A stretch of 51,850 nucleotides of DNA, filler included, from Bipalium vagum (Eukaryota): assembly GCA_037834085.1 (NCBI GenBank). It is 3 parts of 3 records of this genome, joined end to end, with 100 filler letters (N's around TTAATTAATTAA, not from the genome) between each part and the next. Parts side by side here need not be neighbours in the genome. Positions count along the whole stretch, not along the records: positions 1 to 18,622 come from JBBMKC010024096.1; positions 18,723 to 36,213 come from JBBMKC010063385.1; 1 more part is not named here. One strand, written 5' to 3'. Every line of letters starts with the position of its first letter. Position 1 is the stretch's first letter. The translations under genes were made by a program, and so were the position numbers. Positions 13,609 to 26,599 of the stretch are shown here, piece after piece. The notes beneath the pieces are model-generated. The model was not told the origin of the DNA. It was given only the letters and a program-made list of their open reading frames with translations, and searched no databases.

Positions 13609-15240
13609 TATGAGAAGGAAAAGATTCCTAATCAAAGGCTTGGAAAGATTAAAAGTAATCGAAGAAATAAAAAGTGGCAGCCAAAAATTATGGAACTTCA
13701 ATACGTACTAATGAAGGTTGCACAAAGAAATGAAATCGCAGAGATTCATCAAAAAAGTGATTTCAAACAAAAGGTGGTCAAGATTAATTGGAACTTTAAA
13801 TTTATTAGACGAGCGAATATATAATTGGCTTGCTGCAACAGGATCTCATAATATTCTAATTTCTTGGCTTATAATCCAGGACAACAACAACAATAGAGGT
13901 TGAAATGTTAATGCTTCGTGATTTGTAAGGCTGTACACTGTTGGCTTGAGCTCTTGTTGGAGATAGTGCTAAAATTGAAAATCAGATCGCACTAAAACCA
14001 ATACTTTCCAGATATCATTTAAATATTAAAAATGAATACGAATGACGTAATATTTCGTAGTTAAATGAAATGGCTTACTCTGGTATAGAGAATCTCAAAG
14101 AAATCTGTAAATAAAAAAAGATGAAGCAAAGTTAGAGAAAGTATGTTTCACCTGTCCCTTTTGTTCTGCACCTACGCTTAGAGATTTCAACAAAGTTATT
14201 AAAGATGATATTCTTTACCTATGAACTAAGAAATCGTAGATATCAGCTAAATTATTAATGAAGTTTTAGGTTGGAGCATAAGTTCTGGAGCACTTAAAAA
14301 AAAATTAAATTTATGACAAAAATTTAATAAGCAAATCAAAAACAGTGGAATCTAATTTTCAAAGTAAAAACCGCCATTCCTTACCATGTTTTCCCACTGA
14401 TCTGCAAGCAACCGAATATGATTGAAATACAATTCCCTGAACTTTGATGGAAAGAAATCATTTCATGCTTCTTCAATTTCATCTATCAGCCTATCTTGCA
14501 GATAGGGCTGCATTGAGCGAAAAAGTCCATAGTCAGATGGTACGGCATCGGGACTGTAAATTGGAGGCGGAAGAACTTCGATCACGTCGAATTCTTTAAA
14601 CTTGTTGGTCTGTGAGGTTTAACATTATCATGTAGGAACAGAACCCCTTTTCAACGAACCAGCATTGGATATTTTTTTAAAAGTTTTTGAGAAGACTTTT
14701 TTTGAGAAGTTAATAGCACTGCCATCAAGATTAAGTTCAAAATGAAGCATACCCTTGAAATTCCACTAAACAGACTTTAAAAATTACGTTAATGAATTTA
14801 ATATATTAAGAATATTTTAAAAAGCAGAGCAGCAATAATCAAATATTATTATTGATTAGATTTAATATTCTAATATTTCATAAGTGCTACAGAATTTATG
14901 CCCCAACCTAATATTTAAACCATTTTAATAATTTTATAGCAAAACAAACCCAGAAGATTTTATTCCTCGTAAACGAAACTCTATGCCATTCAGATATATA
15001 TTTACAAAAACATAACATTACTTTATTCACCCCCTAATACAACTTCAGAATGACAAATACTCGACCCATGAATAATTACTGCTTTCAAGGTTGAATATCA
15101 CCAATTATTACTGAATTCATAATGAAAATCAATTTCATTTTTATCAAATTCAGTGCAAAATTAATAATTAAAATCGACTAAAGAAGATTCAATAAAATAA
15201 TACCATCATTTACGTATTGTGAAATCAATAAATTATATTA
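13609..15240 (+). mobile_element. Tigger/pogo-like transposase fossil interrupted by a mariner insertion
   Basis: MRRKR..LKVIEEIKSG (psq-type HTH) and LDERIYNW..NILIS..IIQ (CENP-B HTH) come before the insert. After it come KILFLVN..CH and PNTTSE*QILDP*IITAFK (DDE_1 PPNTTS.LQPLDQGII..FK). Confidence 0.75.
14266..14913 (-). mobile_element. Internally deleted mariner with both TIRs, nested in the pogo fossil
   Basis: Left TTAGGTTGGAGCATAAGTTCTGGAGCACTTA versus right reverse complement TTAGGTTGGGGCATAAATTCTGTAGCACTTA. Internal GVLFLHDNVKPH and PPIYSPDAVPSDYGLFRSMQ. Confidence 0.88.
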
Positions 15241-16230
15241 AATTAAAATTCTGATTGGCTAAATTGAATTTAATTGTAAATAAAGCAATTAATCACAAAA
15301 TTAAATAAATTAATTATGAAAAATAAAATTTGTAAAAAAAATATGGAACTATATAAAAAAAGTATTTCTCAACAAAAAATAATTTGGCTGAAAATTAAAA
15401 TTAAGAAAACCTAACAAGAATTAATATTTCATGTTATATTTTAAATAAAAGAAAATTAATGATAATATTTTCTGAAATCTTTGGATATTTAAAAGGGAAT
15501 CTGTAAATATATTGCATTATTCCTCAAAAGTCGATCCAAAGCTCTCAAATTAAGCAGCAAGATTATTTACAACTCACAGAACAAATTCATTAGAACTCTT
15601 TAACAGAACTCTCAGATTTTATGAGAAAGATATACATATTGGTTTTATTCAATTAAGATCTTGAATCAGGTTTTATTCTTCAAATACAGGGCAAACAAGA
15701 GACAACATAGGCAGACTGCTCAAATAATATTTATTGTTTTGTACATAAATTATTATTCTTCACCCTTGACACAGCACGTCTCAAATAAAATATTTTTATT
15801 AATTATATAAAATTATCGTCTTTGTTTTATCATTTCAAATTTATTTAACTTTTACTTGTCCGTTTTGATAATTTCTTCATATTTAAATTATATCATTATA
15901 TCCAATAAAATATTATTTAAATAAAATTTATAAAAAAATAAATATTAAATTAAATTAAAACCAAATATAAAATAATAACTTTAATTTTGAAAATGTTTAA
16001 AAAATGCCCTTAAAAGTTAAAATTTCCTTTTAAATGTGATTTGATGAATCTACTTTACATAATTTCCTTCAGTATTGAAATATCCCATTCATTTAATTGG
16101 CAAAGCTTTTTACTTATTTACATTTATTCAAAATATAAATATAAATATAAATATTTAAATAATAAATAAATAGTAAATAAGTAACAAATATACTATACTT
16201 AATATTTATTAATTAAATGGTAACAAATAA

Positions 16231-17505
16231 TATTGGGGTTGTCCATAAGTTTTTTCGTATTTTTAATCAAAAATTAAAAACAAATTAGAACAAGAATAAA
16301 TGTTTGTTAAGCCTCAAAATAAAGACCATTTGAATTAATAGTTTGAATTCATCTATCGGCAAATTGCTGGATCCCGCGTTGATACCAGTCTTTGTCTTTG
16401 GAGTTGAAAAGGTTTTGGCAATCTTTTTATCTTATCCAAAATATTGAAACAGGATAATGTGTCAAAATGTGTCAAAGATCTGAAAAGATGGCGCGAGATC
16501 TAGACTGTAATCTGTATGTGGTAAAATTTCAAAGGTATTCAATTCCCTTTTTTCCTTTGTTTTCCTGACAGTATGCAGTTTGGCGTTTTCGTACTGTAGT
16601 AGTATTCTGTTTCGATTGATCAATGCTGGATATTTTTCCTTTAACTTTGTGTACATCTTATCCAATCGAGAGCAATAGAGGTTTTGGTCAACGGCCACAT
16701 TGTTTTTAAGACGTTAGAAGTGGATTTCGCCTTCAAAATCTACCAAACTTTTTATAATACTTTTTTAGTAAACCGTTCTCTCTTTGAAACCTGTTTTTGG
16801 AAATTGTCCGTAGTCAGGCTATTAATTGTAACTGTTATGGTTATATAGATAGACCCATTTTTCATACGAGGTAACAATTCGGTGTATAAAACTGGCATCT
16901 AAAGAATTTGAAATCAGTTTTTGGCACATCTCAATACGCAGTTTTATTTTATTTTCTCTCAATTCGTGAGGAATTTGTCGACAGCATCTGTTTATTTATC
17001 CATTGAATGAAAATGTGTAAGAACTAATTTTTTTTGAATACCGAGTTTTTCAGATAATCTTCTAGTGCTGGTCGATGGATTAACTTCAACTGCGTTGCGT
17101 GTAAATCCGAAATCCATGGTTATCGGCCTGCTGGATCGTTCTTGATCTTGAAAGTGCTCTTGGCCTTGATTAAATTTTTTAAACCAATTTTGGATCATAC
17201 GAATTAAGAGATAAAGTCAATCCCCTCCACCTCACACATCTTTTTGGCCGCTTTTGTTGCACTGACATTTTGTTTCCAATAATGTCTTAACAGTACTCGA
17301 ATTTAAAATTTATTCCTATTTTCTTCTAAACAAAAGAAAGCAGTATATTTACAATAATTTAATAAATATTAATATACCGTTTGACAATGGAAGTTTTTTT
17401 TCAAAATGATATATAATTGTATTGATTTAAATATTTATATCAATTACAAAATTAATTTGAAATGGCAAAACAAAAATACGAAAATACTTATGGAACACCC
17501 CAATA
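16231..17505 (-). mobile_element. Near full-length (about 1.28 kb) inactivated mariner
   Basis: TA-flanked TIRs TTGGGGTTGTCCATAAGT / TTGGGGTGTTCCATAAGT. ORFs 16992-17198 (WFKKF..QERSSRP) and 16462-16698 (LLQYENAKLH, HTDYSLDLAPS), plus HRIVTSYEKW. Multiple stops and frameshifts. Confidence 0.92.
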
Positions 17506-18622
17506 TATAAATATAAATAAAAAATATTAATATGAATATGAATATTTTTATATATTTAAATATAATTATATTTATAATTTTAAATTTAAACATAAATAAA
17601 AATACAAATATAAATACAAAAATAAGTATAAATATAACAGATTTTTATTATTATTTTTTATTTATTAAACCAGTAAAGGGCTATTCAGATTATATAATGA
17701 AAAAATACCATAAAAGTATTTTAATCAGCATTAAATTTTTCTTTTTTTTTTGTCGAAAAGTACATAATTATCCTTAAGATTGTCGTTGTTGCCAAAATTG
17801 GAATATATAAATGAATTGAACTATTACTGTGAAACAATAAACGTCGATTCCCCATTAAAACGATTTCAATGGGTAAAATGGGAATCGTTTTTAAATGCAG
17901 TAAAACACAGTGTTCATACGGAATTCTCCAAAGAACGTTCAGAATTTCCATTTTTGCTCAAAAAAGTCCTCAATGATAATCAAGGAAAGCAACCAGTGAT
18001 TATTGTCAACGACTGGGGGTTTTATCCGTCTAGGAGGAAAAAGATAATATTTTAAGAGGATTTTCAGGCTTTTTGAGTTTTCATAATAATAATAATAATA
18101 ATTTGGAAATCATGTTTAATATTGATTGATTTTAAAATAATTAAATCTGTGATTAATTTAATTATTTATTTAATGTTGTTTTTCCAAATGTCTTTTAATT
18201 ATCTTTCTGCAGACACTCTCAGAACTTACCAAATGATTCTGATGTTTGCAATTTTATTAAAGAGAAGAAAGGTTTTCAAGAAAATTTGGCCAGACAAATG
18301 TTTTAAATATTTTTTTATGTAACCGTTTTGAAGGGAACGCTTCATTATATCAGCGATTATTTCGGTATTTCCAAAATTCTGGGAAAATCTCAGAGTTGCA
18401 CGGCGGAAAAAAAGCGGATAATTTTCTGCGAAAAATATCAGATAAATACTTTTATAAAATATTATTTTTAATATTTTTATTCTCAGTCGGTGAAGATATT
18501 AAAATATTTAATATTATTGTTTTTTTTTAATAAATAAATATTTATTTTGAAAAGGATATCTTTGTCAATTTACTGTCATAAAATAATGTGTAATGAACCG
18601 TGAAAATATCATGGAAATTAAT

Positions 18623-18722
18623 NNNNNNNNNNNNNNNNNNNNNNNNNNNNNNNNNNNNNNNNNNNNTTAATTAATTAANNNNNNNNNNNNNNNNNNNNNN
18701 NNNNNNNNNNNNNNNNNNNNNN
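18623..18722. other. Artificial contig spacer N44-TTAATTAATTAA-N44
   Basis: Exactly 100 nt. The 12-mer gives stops in all six frames, and an identical spacer occurs at 36214-36313. Confidence 0.95.
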
Positions 18723-19009
18723 CAAAGACAAATTCCTCAGATTCCGTACAATTATCATCATTTTCTAAGGGTATACATTCAAATTTTTTATAAACCTGCT
18801 TTATTAATTGACATATGTACATATGAAATTGACGAATTTTATTACCTATTTCTGAATATTTTATTTTTCCAAATAAATGTTTGAATTATCTAATTTAATA
18901 TAACAAGTGGAAGATTAAAATTTTCTCTAATATAATTATAGTATAAATATAAATTATATATTTATACTTTTCATAATTTGAGAATCTCAGGAACTGAAGT
19001 TAAATAATG

Positions 19010-19808
19010 GTTAACTATGAATTTCGAGTGCTTCACGAATTTAAACGTGGCCACAATTCACCAAAAGCAACATGAATTTTCAACAAGGCAATGAAAACAG
19101 GTTCAGTTTTGGAACGCACAACTCGTTGCTGTTTCAAAAAAATTTGAAGGTACAAGAGTATTGGAGATTAGGATCACGGTTAATGATGATCAATTGAAGC
19201 AGTTAGTGGAATCAAATTGATGTTATACGATAATTGTAAAATATCTGCAAAAATATTTAAACAAAAATGAATCACCAAAACAAATTTGCATCCAAAAATG
19301 GCAATTGTTACAGTATGGTATTGTAATAGAGGTATAATCCATTACACCTTTCTTAAAATTGATAAATACCGAAATAGACAAAATGCACAAAAAAAATTTT
19401 CTGAAAAGATGCAAGCACTTATGAACAGAAAAGATCAAATGTTATTAGACGACAAAGCCACACTGTATACCTCACGACGAAAGATGCAAAATTTAAAACA
19501 GTTATATGAAGCTCTATCATATCCACTTTATTATCCGGACTTATTACTAACTGATTTCCATTTTCTAGAACGTTGAATTGATTATCCGCCAAAAGAACTT
19601 CACTAATTAAACAACGGTTGAAGAGACTTCGGTGTCTCAGAATCAAGGATACAAATTTTAACAGTAATAAAATAGAAAGCTTTGTCTCACGTTGTAAAGT
19701 TTTAACGATTGACAGAATATTTTTTCTTAAATTAATTTTTGACAAAGTTATGACGTTTTCTTGAAAATCAACATAAAAAACGGTAATTTCATATATAACA
19801 ATCTAATA
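19010..19808 (+). mobile_element. Degenerate mariner with internal deletion
   Basis: HEFKRGHN N-terminus. ORF 19286-19576 has KMAIVTVWY..GIIHYTFLK, LLDDKATLY (HDNARPH) and YPLYYPDLLLTDFHF (HPPYSPDL). A 3' TIR-like end CAATCTAATA is present. Confidence 0.85.
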
Positions 19809-19829
19809 TAATCATAAGCTCAAAATGAT

Positions 19830-21057
19830 GATTTTTATTTCTTCTTTGTTTTCAAGCACTTGCACCTCTGTTAAATTACCGATGTTTTTGAATAGTTTCT
19901 AAATCAAGAATGTCGTCTTGATGTAGAATAGCTTATTTTCTATTAAGAATATTAGCTATTCTATCTTCAACTTTCAATTATTTTCCAAATTTTAGAAATC
20001 CAGCAGTTTTCGACGACCATACAAAGTTAGCGAGAAATTCGAAAAATTAAAAATTAATGTGAAAGAGACAGATTAACCAAATTAGCTGTCTATTCGTGCT
20101 AATTTAAATAAGGTGGCTGTAAAGAAAATGATAGAGAGCATTGGAATCTGAAAATTATGCATTCGACCCCGTGTTTTTATAGAAAATATGCGAGAATGTG
20201 AATAACAGGAATACCAAAAAAAACTGGTTATATTTCATGCTCGGAATTTTTGAAGAATATTATACCAGAGAATGAGCTACTATTGTGCCTTTGTTAAATA
20301 CAATAAGAAACAGTTTCGTGAATGGGTTCTCAAGAAGAAAATCCACAAAAAATTCGTCCTTCGAAAATGCTTCATATCTGTGTGGTTTAGGATAAGAAGG
20401 TGTGATTCCTATTTTTTAAAAAACCAATTTTTCATCTGTGGTTAATATGCAAAGCAAAATGAATCGATTTTATTTCATGAGAGCAATGATGAGTTCACCT
20501 TCAACCGCCCAAGTTTATAATTCTCTTCGAGTTCACGAGGAACCAATCCATTCATTTTCTTTGTCTTCCCAATAATTTTTAAATACCACCAAACTGTTGC
20601 TAGGCTAACAATAAGATCTTTTGCAAGCTCTCTTACTGCTACACGTAGATTTCTTTCAAAGAGAAGAGTAAACTTTTAATTAATAATTTTTAATTTCAAC
20701 ACGGTGTCAGGATATTCGCGACTTTCATTTTCAAGCGTTGTATAGCTGGATTGAAATTTACCAAACAAAAATCTAATTGAGCGGTCCTTCATAGTGTTGT
20801 CCAAATGTTTTGATGTTTTCTGGAGCTTACTTGAAGTTATTACCCAATTTGTATTCGTACAAAATTAAAGGCAACAATCCAAACTTTCCATTTTAAAATT
20901 AATCATTTAATAATTAGAAAATATTTAGATACTGAAAGTATAAAACTTACTCTTTCAAAAGATATCAATCACCTTATAAAATATATGAATATCTAAAAAA
21001 ACTGTGATGTGAAAGTCCCATTTTTGTATTGGCAGCTTTATATGAAACAACCTAATA
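19830..21057 (-). mobile_element. Degenerate mariner
   Basis: TIR TATTAGGTTGTTTCATATAAAGCTGCC at the right end (minus strand), plus WIGSS(WVPH-like)ELEEN and LTTDEK motifs. Confidence 0.7.
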
Positions 21058-22149
21058 TTAAAAGGAGATCGAAAACTGAAAAAAACTCATTTTCATATTC
21101 ATTTTATTCGTTTTACTATTATTATTTGTTTCATATTATGTTGAATAATAATTAATAAAGAGATGATCGATTAATCTATCCACTTGTAAATGTAGTAAAG
21201 AATAGGTCTATCCATCGAAATGGTTTTCTTTTAGACATTGTGATTAACTTTAAAAAATCCGTGTTTCGATATTATTAAAGAATTCTATTGAATATCTTTA
21301 TTCAATGACTTGGAAATTAAATTAGACTAAAAATATTAATATCAATTAATCTAAACATTTTCTGCTTTAAAATTAAACTGGAAAACTTATCTAAATAGGT
21401 CGATATTTTTTATATCTCCCAAACTACATTTATCTATTATTGGACTCATTGGAATCCCGACAGAATCAGAAAAATGTACCCTGCTTGAAAGCTTAACAAA
21501 TTACTGAAAAGACATTTTATAATGGAAATTAATAAAGAATAAAATATTGGTAAATCTACTAGTTGGGAAACTTGAGACTTGTGGATAAGAACTCCAATAA
21601 AAATATCTCCACAAGAATATTGATTAGAAATAAAATTCCAAAACAGTTTTTAAATTAACACTCTTGTTTAAATGCCCGTGTGAACTTGGAAATTCTAATA
21701 AAAATGAAGTGAGAAAGACTCAAATTACAAGAAATCAAAAACTGAAAAAATGTAAATATTGTAGTTTTTCAAATGTAGTTTTTAATAAATATTTTAATAA
21801 ATAAAGACAAAATAACCTTGGTTCGATAAACTGGAAAAATTCTTAAGTTAAATTTGTAAAAGTTTAATAGATAAGAAATAAAATAACAAATTAAATCAAG
21901 ATAACTGAACAACAAAACTGAAAAAAATTACCCATGATTTCGTGAAAAAATAACAAATTGCTAAAGAATTACGAATATATTCTCATTAACTAACAAAACT
22001 AATAAATTAAAATTGGAAACGAATTCTGATTTCTGGTGGAATATGTGAAGATAATAGATTATCAACACTTAATTATTATTCCATCAAAGATAAAGATTCG
22101 TGAATTAGAAATAATAAAACAATATCGGTGATTTACTAAAGAAAGATAC

Positions 22150-24463
22150 CTGAAAAGGTTTGAGAATCTGATTTGAAAATGACTGGTCTGTTGCATTCAC
22201 AATTTTCAGTATAGTACTCGTGGGAGTATGAGTCGCTTCCGTAATGTTTTGACCACCGCGTTTTAGCATTAATAACTGACTGGCGCTCATTGCTGTAGCA
22301 GGACAAACCAAGTCAATGACTTTAGAGCTGGTGGCTTCTTCTGCAGTTTCAGTTTTCTTTGAAAGATCAATTGAAACCAAAGACGTTGTTGTGGGCTCAC
22401 TAGCAAAATTATTGATTGAGCTGATGTTACTTTTATTTTTATTACATAGCTCTGTGACAGAGCTAATTGTATTAGAAACATCATTATTTTTCATTGATCC
22501 AGTCAAATTCTCAGTTGTCAGAGACGATATCGATTTGATCACTTCCGTTATCATAGGCTTAGAAACTATTGATATTGAAGAAATATGTGATGAAATCGTC
22601 GTGAGCTGAGGATAAAAAGATACAGGTGTTGCATGCTGATTGTGACTACCAATGGGATCCGAGGAGCCAACCACCGGTGATTCCTGTGAGACTGAATGTA
22701 TAAGATTTTTAGGCACCGTTAAAGACTGACTAGATGCAGGTCGAGTGGCTGATGACACGAGTTTATCAGAGCGGTTCAAAATTTGAGATCTTGACAAAAT
22801 GTTTGGCGTATTTCCCGATTGAGTGTATAGCTTGCGCACTTTTTTCACTGACCTACTTTTAGGACGAATCCATAATGGAGAACAATCATCGATTTTGTAA
22901 ATGTTATTTATCGATTGTGTCATTTTGGAAACTTTATTTTGATCGACAATAGGTTTGTCAGTCAGTAAAACCTTTTTCCGATCCGACTGAAATTGTGAGT
23001 TGACCAATTTCCTTTTTACTGTATCTTCAATCCTTCCTGGTAAAGAACCCTTTGTTTCAATTACAATATCAGTATTCCTCAAAGGCAAATTTAACATTTT
23101 CCGATCAATTGTTGCACGAGCAGTCTCCTGTCCATTTTTATCATATTCAGCCTCGATATTTTTGAAAGTTGCAAGTCCTTGTAATCGACTTTGTAATGTA
23201 TTTAAATCGTCAAGACTGAGATTCTGAACGATTATATCCTTTTCCGTTTGGATTATTGTACATTGCAGCCCCAAGCGTAGCTTATCCAACAAATTCAAAG
23301 CTTTACTTTCTTTCGGTCTCCAGCCTTTACGGATATTTAAAGGACACTTGGACTTGCATGGCTGGTCAGTTTCTTTAATGGTTAAAAGCCCACCAGATTC
23401 ATCCGAGACCTCAGTCTCATTTGGTGGTAAGACTTCCACTACAGATGACGAATCTGAATCAAGAATTTCAAACAATTCTTTCTCACACTCGCTTGACTTA
23501 ACGCCATCACTATTGGAATCACCACTTTTTCGATTGGGAATTTTATGTCGATCATGATAACAATATTTGAAATCGAGCTTTGGAATCTTTTGTTGGCGTT
23601 TCGGACGACTAAGTGTTACATTTTGATAATTTGAACTTTCCAGATCCTCATCGCTTGATACACCAGAATTTTCATTACACAATTCCTTTTCAATGCACTT
23701 TTCATCAATTGATCTGTTCTTCTTCATAGGTTTTCTAATCGTTCGTCGATTCGTCTTCTTTTGAACCTCTGATCCAATATTAAATACGTTATACTTTCCC
23801 TTACAACGAAAGACAATTGGTCGATCTTCCAATGATTTCAGTGATTTTAGAACATTGCTATTATTAAATTTTCGAGAAGGACGACTGATAATGGTTCCAT
23901 CAAATAATTTCGTAGGCTTAGGGTTTGGGCGTAGTCTTGTTCCTCGCTTGAGTGAATCTTCTAAAGCTTTTCGTTTATTGTAGATCTTATCCTCCATATT
24001 GACACCCAGAAGCCCAATGCCACAGAAATAGACTTCTTTATCGAAAGACGATTCTACATACTTCTTACTATTCACAAATCGAACATAGATGGAATGTAAA
24101 GAATTTGGCAAGACGGAATCGATTCCTGGATCTACTTTGTTCATTTTCAGCACTGAGCTAATAATAACCGTTTGTGATAATTTCACTTGACCAAGATTTA
24201 GACATTCAATCTTGTTATTATCCATTTCTTTGACCGTTTTCAATGACTTAGACTTCTTCTTTAGCTTAACATTATAATCATCACAATCAGTAACCTTATC
24301 CGGACACGGAGAGTTTTCTGTGTCTTCTATTTTTGAACTCAGATAATTCTTTTTTATAAATTTGGACTTTTTTATCACATCTTTCCTATTTCTCTGTAGA
24401 TATTTTAACATTTTGACTTCAGCCAAATGTTGAGATTGTACAGTGAGATTTTGTTCATCCAAT
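22150..24463 (-). CDS. Large intact exon of an uncharacterised K/S/T-rich, probably largely disordered protein
   Basis: 785-codon uninterrupted ORF with host-gene-like composition. Acceptor ttaag|A at 24464/24463 and donor CAG|gtatct at 22150/22149. A possible upstream mini-exon ATGATGGTTAAATACAG|gt at 24618-24602 is in compatible phase. No domain recognised. Confidence 0.8.
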
Positions 24464-25269
24464 CTTAATCATCAATTGATTACATTATTAAAATAATAAG
24501 TTAGTAACTTTGTAGAATTGTTAACATTAGAATTAGACTTTTCAATATTACTGGAACATAAAATTCATGTACATTAGGTTAAAATATAAAAACTGTAATA
24601 CCTGTATTTAACCATCATAAGTAAATATCTAAAACTGAAATACAATGGTTAATTAGGAAATATAAGCACTCCAAAATATCTTACAAAAAAATTACAAAAA
24701 AATTATGTCATATATTAAGCTAATAATAAATTATGTATTATACATTATTTAAAAAGTTTAAATTAAGAGAAACAAATCAAAAGCTGTGTAATTGAAATTG
24801 AAACAAAAATATTTATAATCTGCGCTTTAAAAATACAATGACCTACAAATCTAATTCGCATTATTACATTTTAACAGCATTAAACAATGGTGGAAAATAT
24901 ATAATTGTCAGAAATTAATAATTTACTTCATAATATATCTATAATTTCATAAATCTTAGAGTCAATATAAATATTAGAAGATTACCATTTTAAATCATTA
25001 TAGATAAAATTTTTAAATAAAAAATTATTTAACATCTTAATAAGAAATATTTATTTTCGAAAAATAAGAATTAATACTTTTTATTAAATTAAATGTTTAT
25101 ACTTTTAAATAAAATATACGAAATATGTATCAGGATTATTAATATTTTAATATTTTTACGATATAAGGATTTTATATTAGTAATTTCTGCCAAAACAGTG
25201 ATTCTGTGTTGTGTGTTCATTTATGGTGTCTGAACCTTAATTCTGTGAACGCACGCTGTCAACTTTCAG

Positions 25270-26156
25270 TACTTATTCTTCAATTTTTTCTAAGTATGAA
25301 ATCTCCTTCATCATGGCATGAACTCTTCTTAGCATGTCACAATAGACATTAAAATTAATGGTTTCCCCGGATTTGAGAAACTCCTTATAAATAATTCCAC
25401 GAGAATCCCACCAAATGCATGAAAGAACTTTGTTTCGTGTAAAGTTGCGTTTTTCAATTTTTTGCAAAAGCTCTCCTTTCAACGACCACAATCTTCGTCT
25501 GGTTATGTTGTCATGATAGATCCACTTTTCATCGAAGTGACTATCCGGTCGAGAAAAGGATCATTTCGGTCTCTTTCTTGAACAAATTTCAATGCAATTC
25601 TACTTGTTTTTTTTCAGTTAGTTGGTGGGGAACCCATTTGTCGAGTTTACAAGTGAATCCTAACACTTTCAGTCTGTTTCTTATAGATGTATTGCTTATA
25701 TTTAACTCAGAAGCGATTTATTTAGCACTAATTGATCTGTTTTGTTCAAGAAGATTCATAATTTGATAATCCTCCAACGCTTTTGCCTTTTCAGACCTCT
25801 CTTTGTCTTTCAATGAAAAATCGCCACTATTGAATTTTTTGAACCAATTTTCCACTGTTTCCCAGTTGTATTGTTCCTTCACCAAGCAGCTCGTTAAGTT
25901 TTGAGACAGTTTCATTTGTTATTTTTCGATTCGTAATACATAATTGCACAAATTTTTGATTTATCCAGCGAACTTTTGGAGCACCTATTCCAGAGGATAT
26001 TGGTTAATAACATTAATTATGTAGTAAATTTGAAACTCACATGTTTAAGCAGCAAACTAAAACAAAGAAAATTTAAATCGGTAGATAAATGGGAATCTCA
26101 GGGGCTAACAAATTTAAACAAGTGAAAAAACGAAAAACTTAGTTCGTTACCTGATA
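25270..26156 (-). mobile_element. 3'-truncated mariner
   Basis: TIR-like TATCAGGTAACGAACTAAG; WFKKFNSGDFSLKDKERS, KWVPHQL, DEKWIYHDN, and KVLSCIWWDSRGIIYKEFLKSGETIN. Confidence 0.9.
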
Positions 26157-26599
26157 GTAACAATTTTTTGAGTATTGTAAATTGCAAAATATATTAAATA
26201 ATATTTGAAAAATGTCAACAACTTATATGACACATTTTAGATATAATGAATAATCGACACGTGTTGATGAAGCACAGAATAATAATTATAGAATTGATGG
26301 TGGAAGGGCATCGTACTTGCTCAATACATCTAAATAATAAACTAAAACAACAGTAATTTCTCTTTTAAAATCTAATAATCATAATGAAACTTTAAATAAA
26401 ATATGTAATAATATAAATAATAAATAATATTTTTAAATAACGGCCTGGAATCGATTCTATACATATAAGTGAAATTAAATTTGGAGAGAAATCTAAAAAA
26501 AATAATTATAGATAAAAAAATTTTAAAATCAGTAAGAATGAATTAATTAGGTTTATTCAAGATAATAATAATAAAATATTTATCAAGATGAATTAATAG

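Noticed and set aside
17532-17777. 81-aa I/N-rich ORF
   Set aside because: Translation of AT-rich simple sequence.
18667-18678. TTAATTAATTAA palindrome as a piggyBac TTAA site or regulatory element
   Set aside because: Flanked symmetrically by 44 Ns and repeated identically at 36258, so it is an assembly linker.
21390-22060. Downstream exons of the orphan gene (e.g. acceptor near 21505)
   Set aside because: I could not build a phase-consistent chain from the 22150 donor without transcript data.
22287-23557. Small ORFs overlapping the 785-aa ORF
   Set aside because: Antisense or alternative-frame shadows of a long coding exon.
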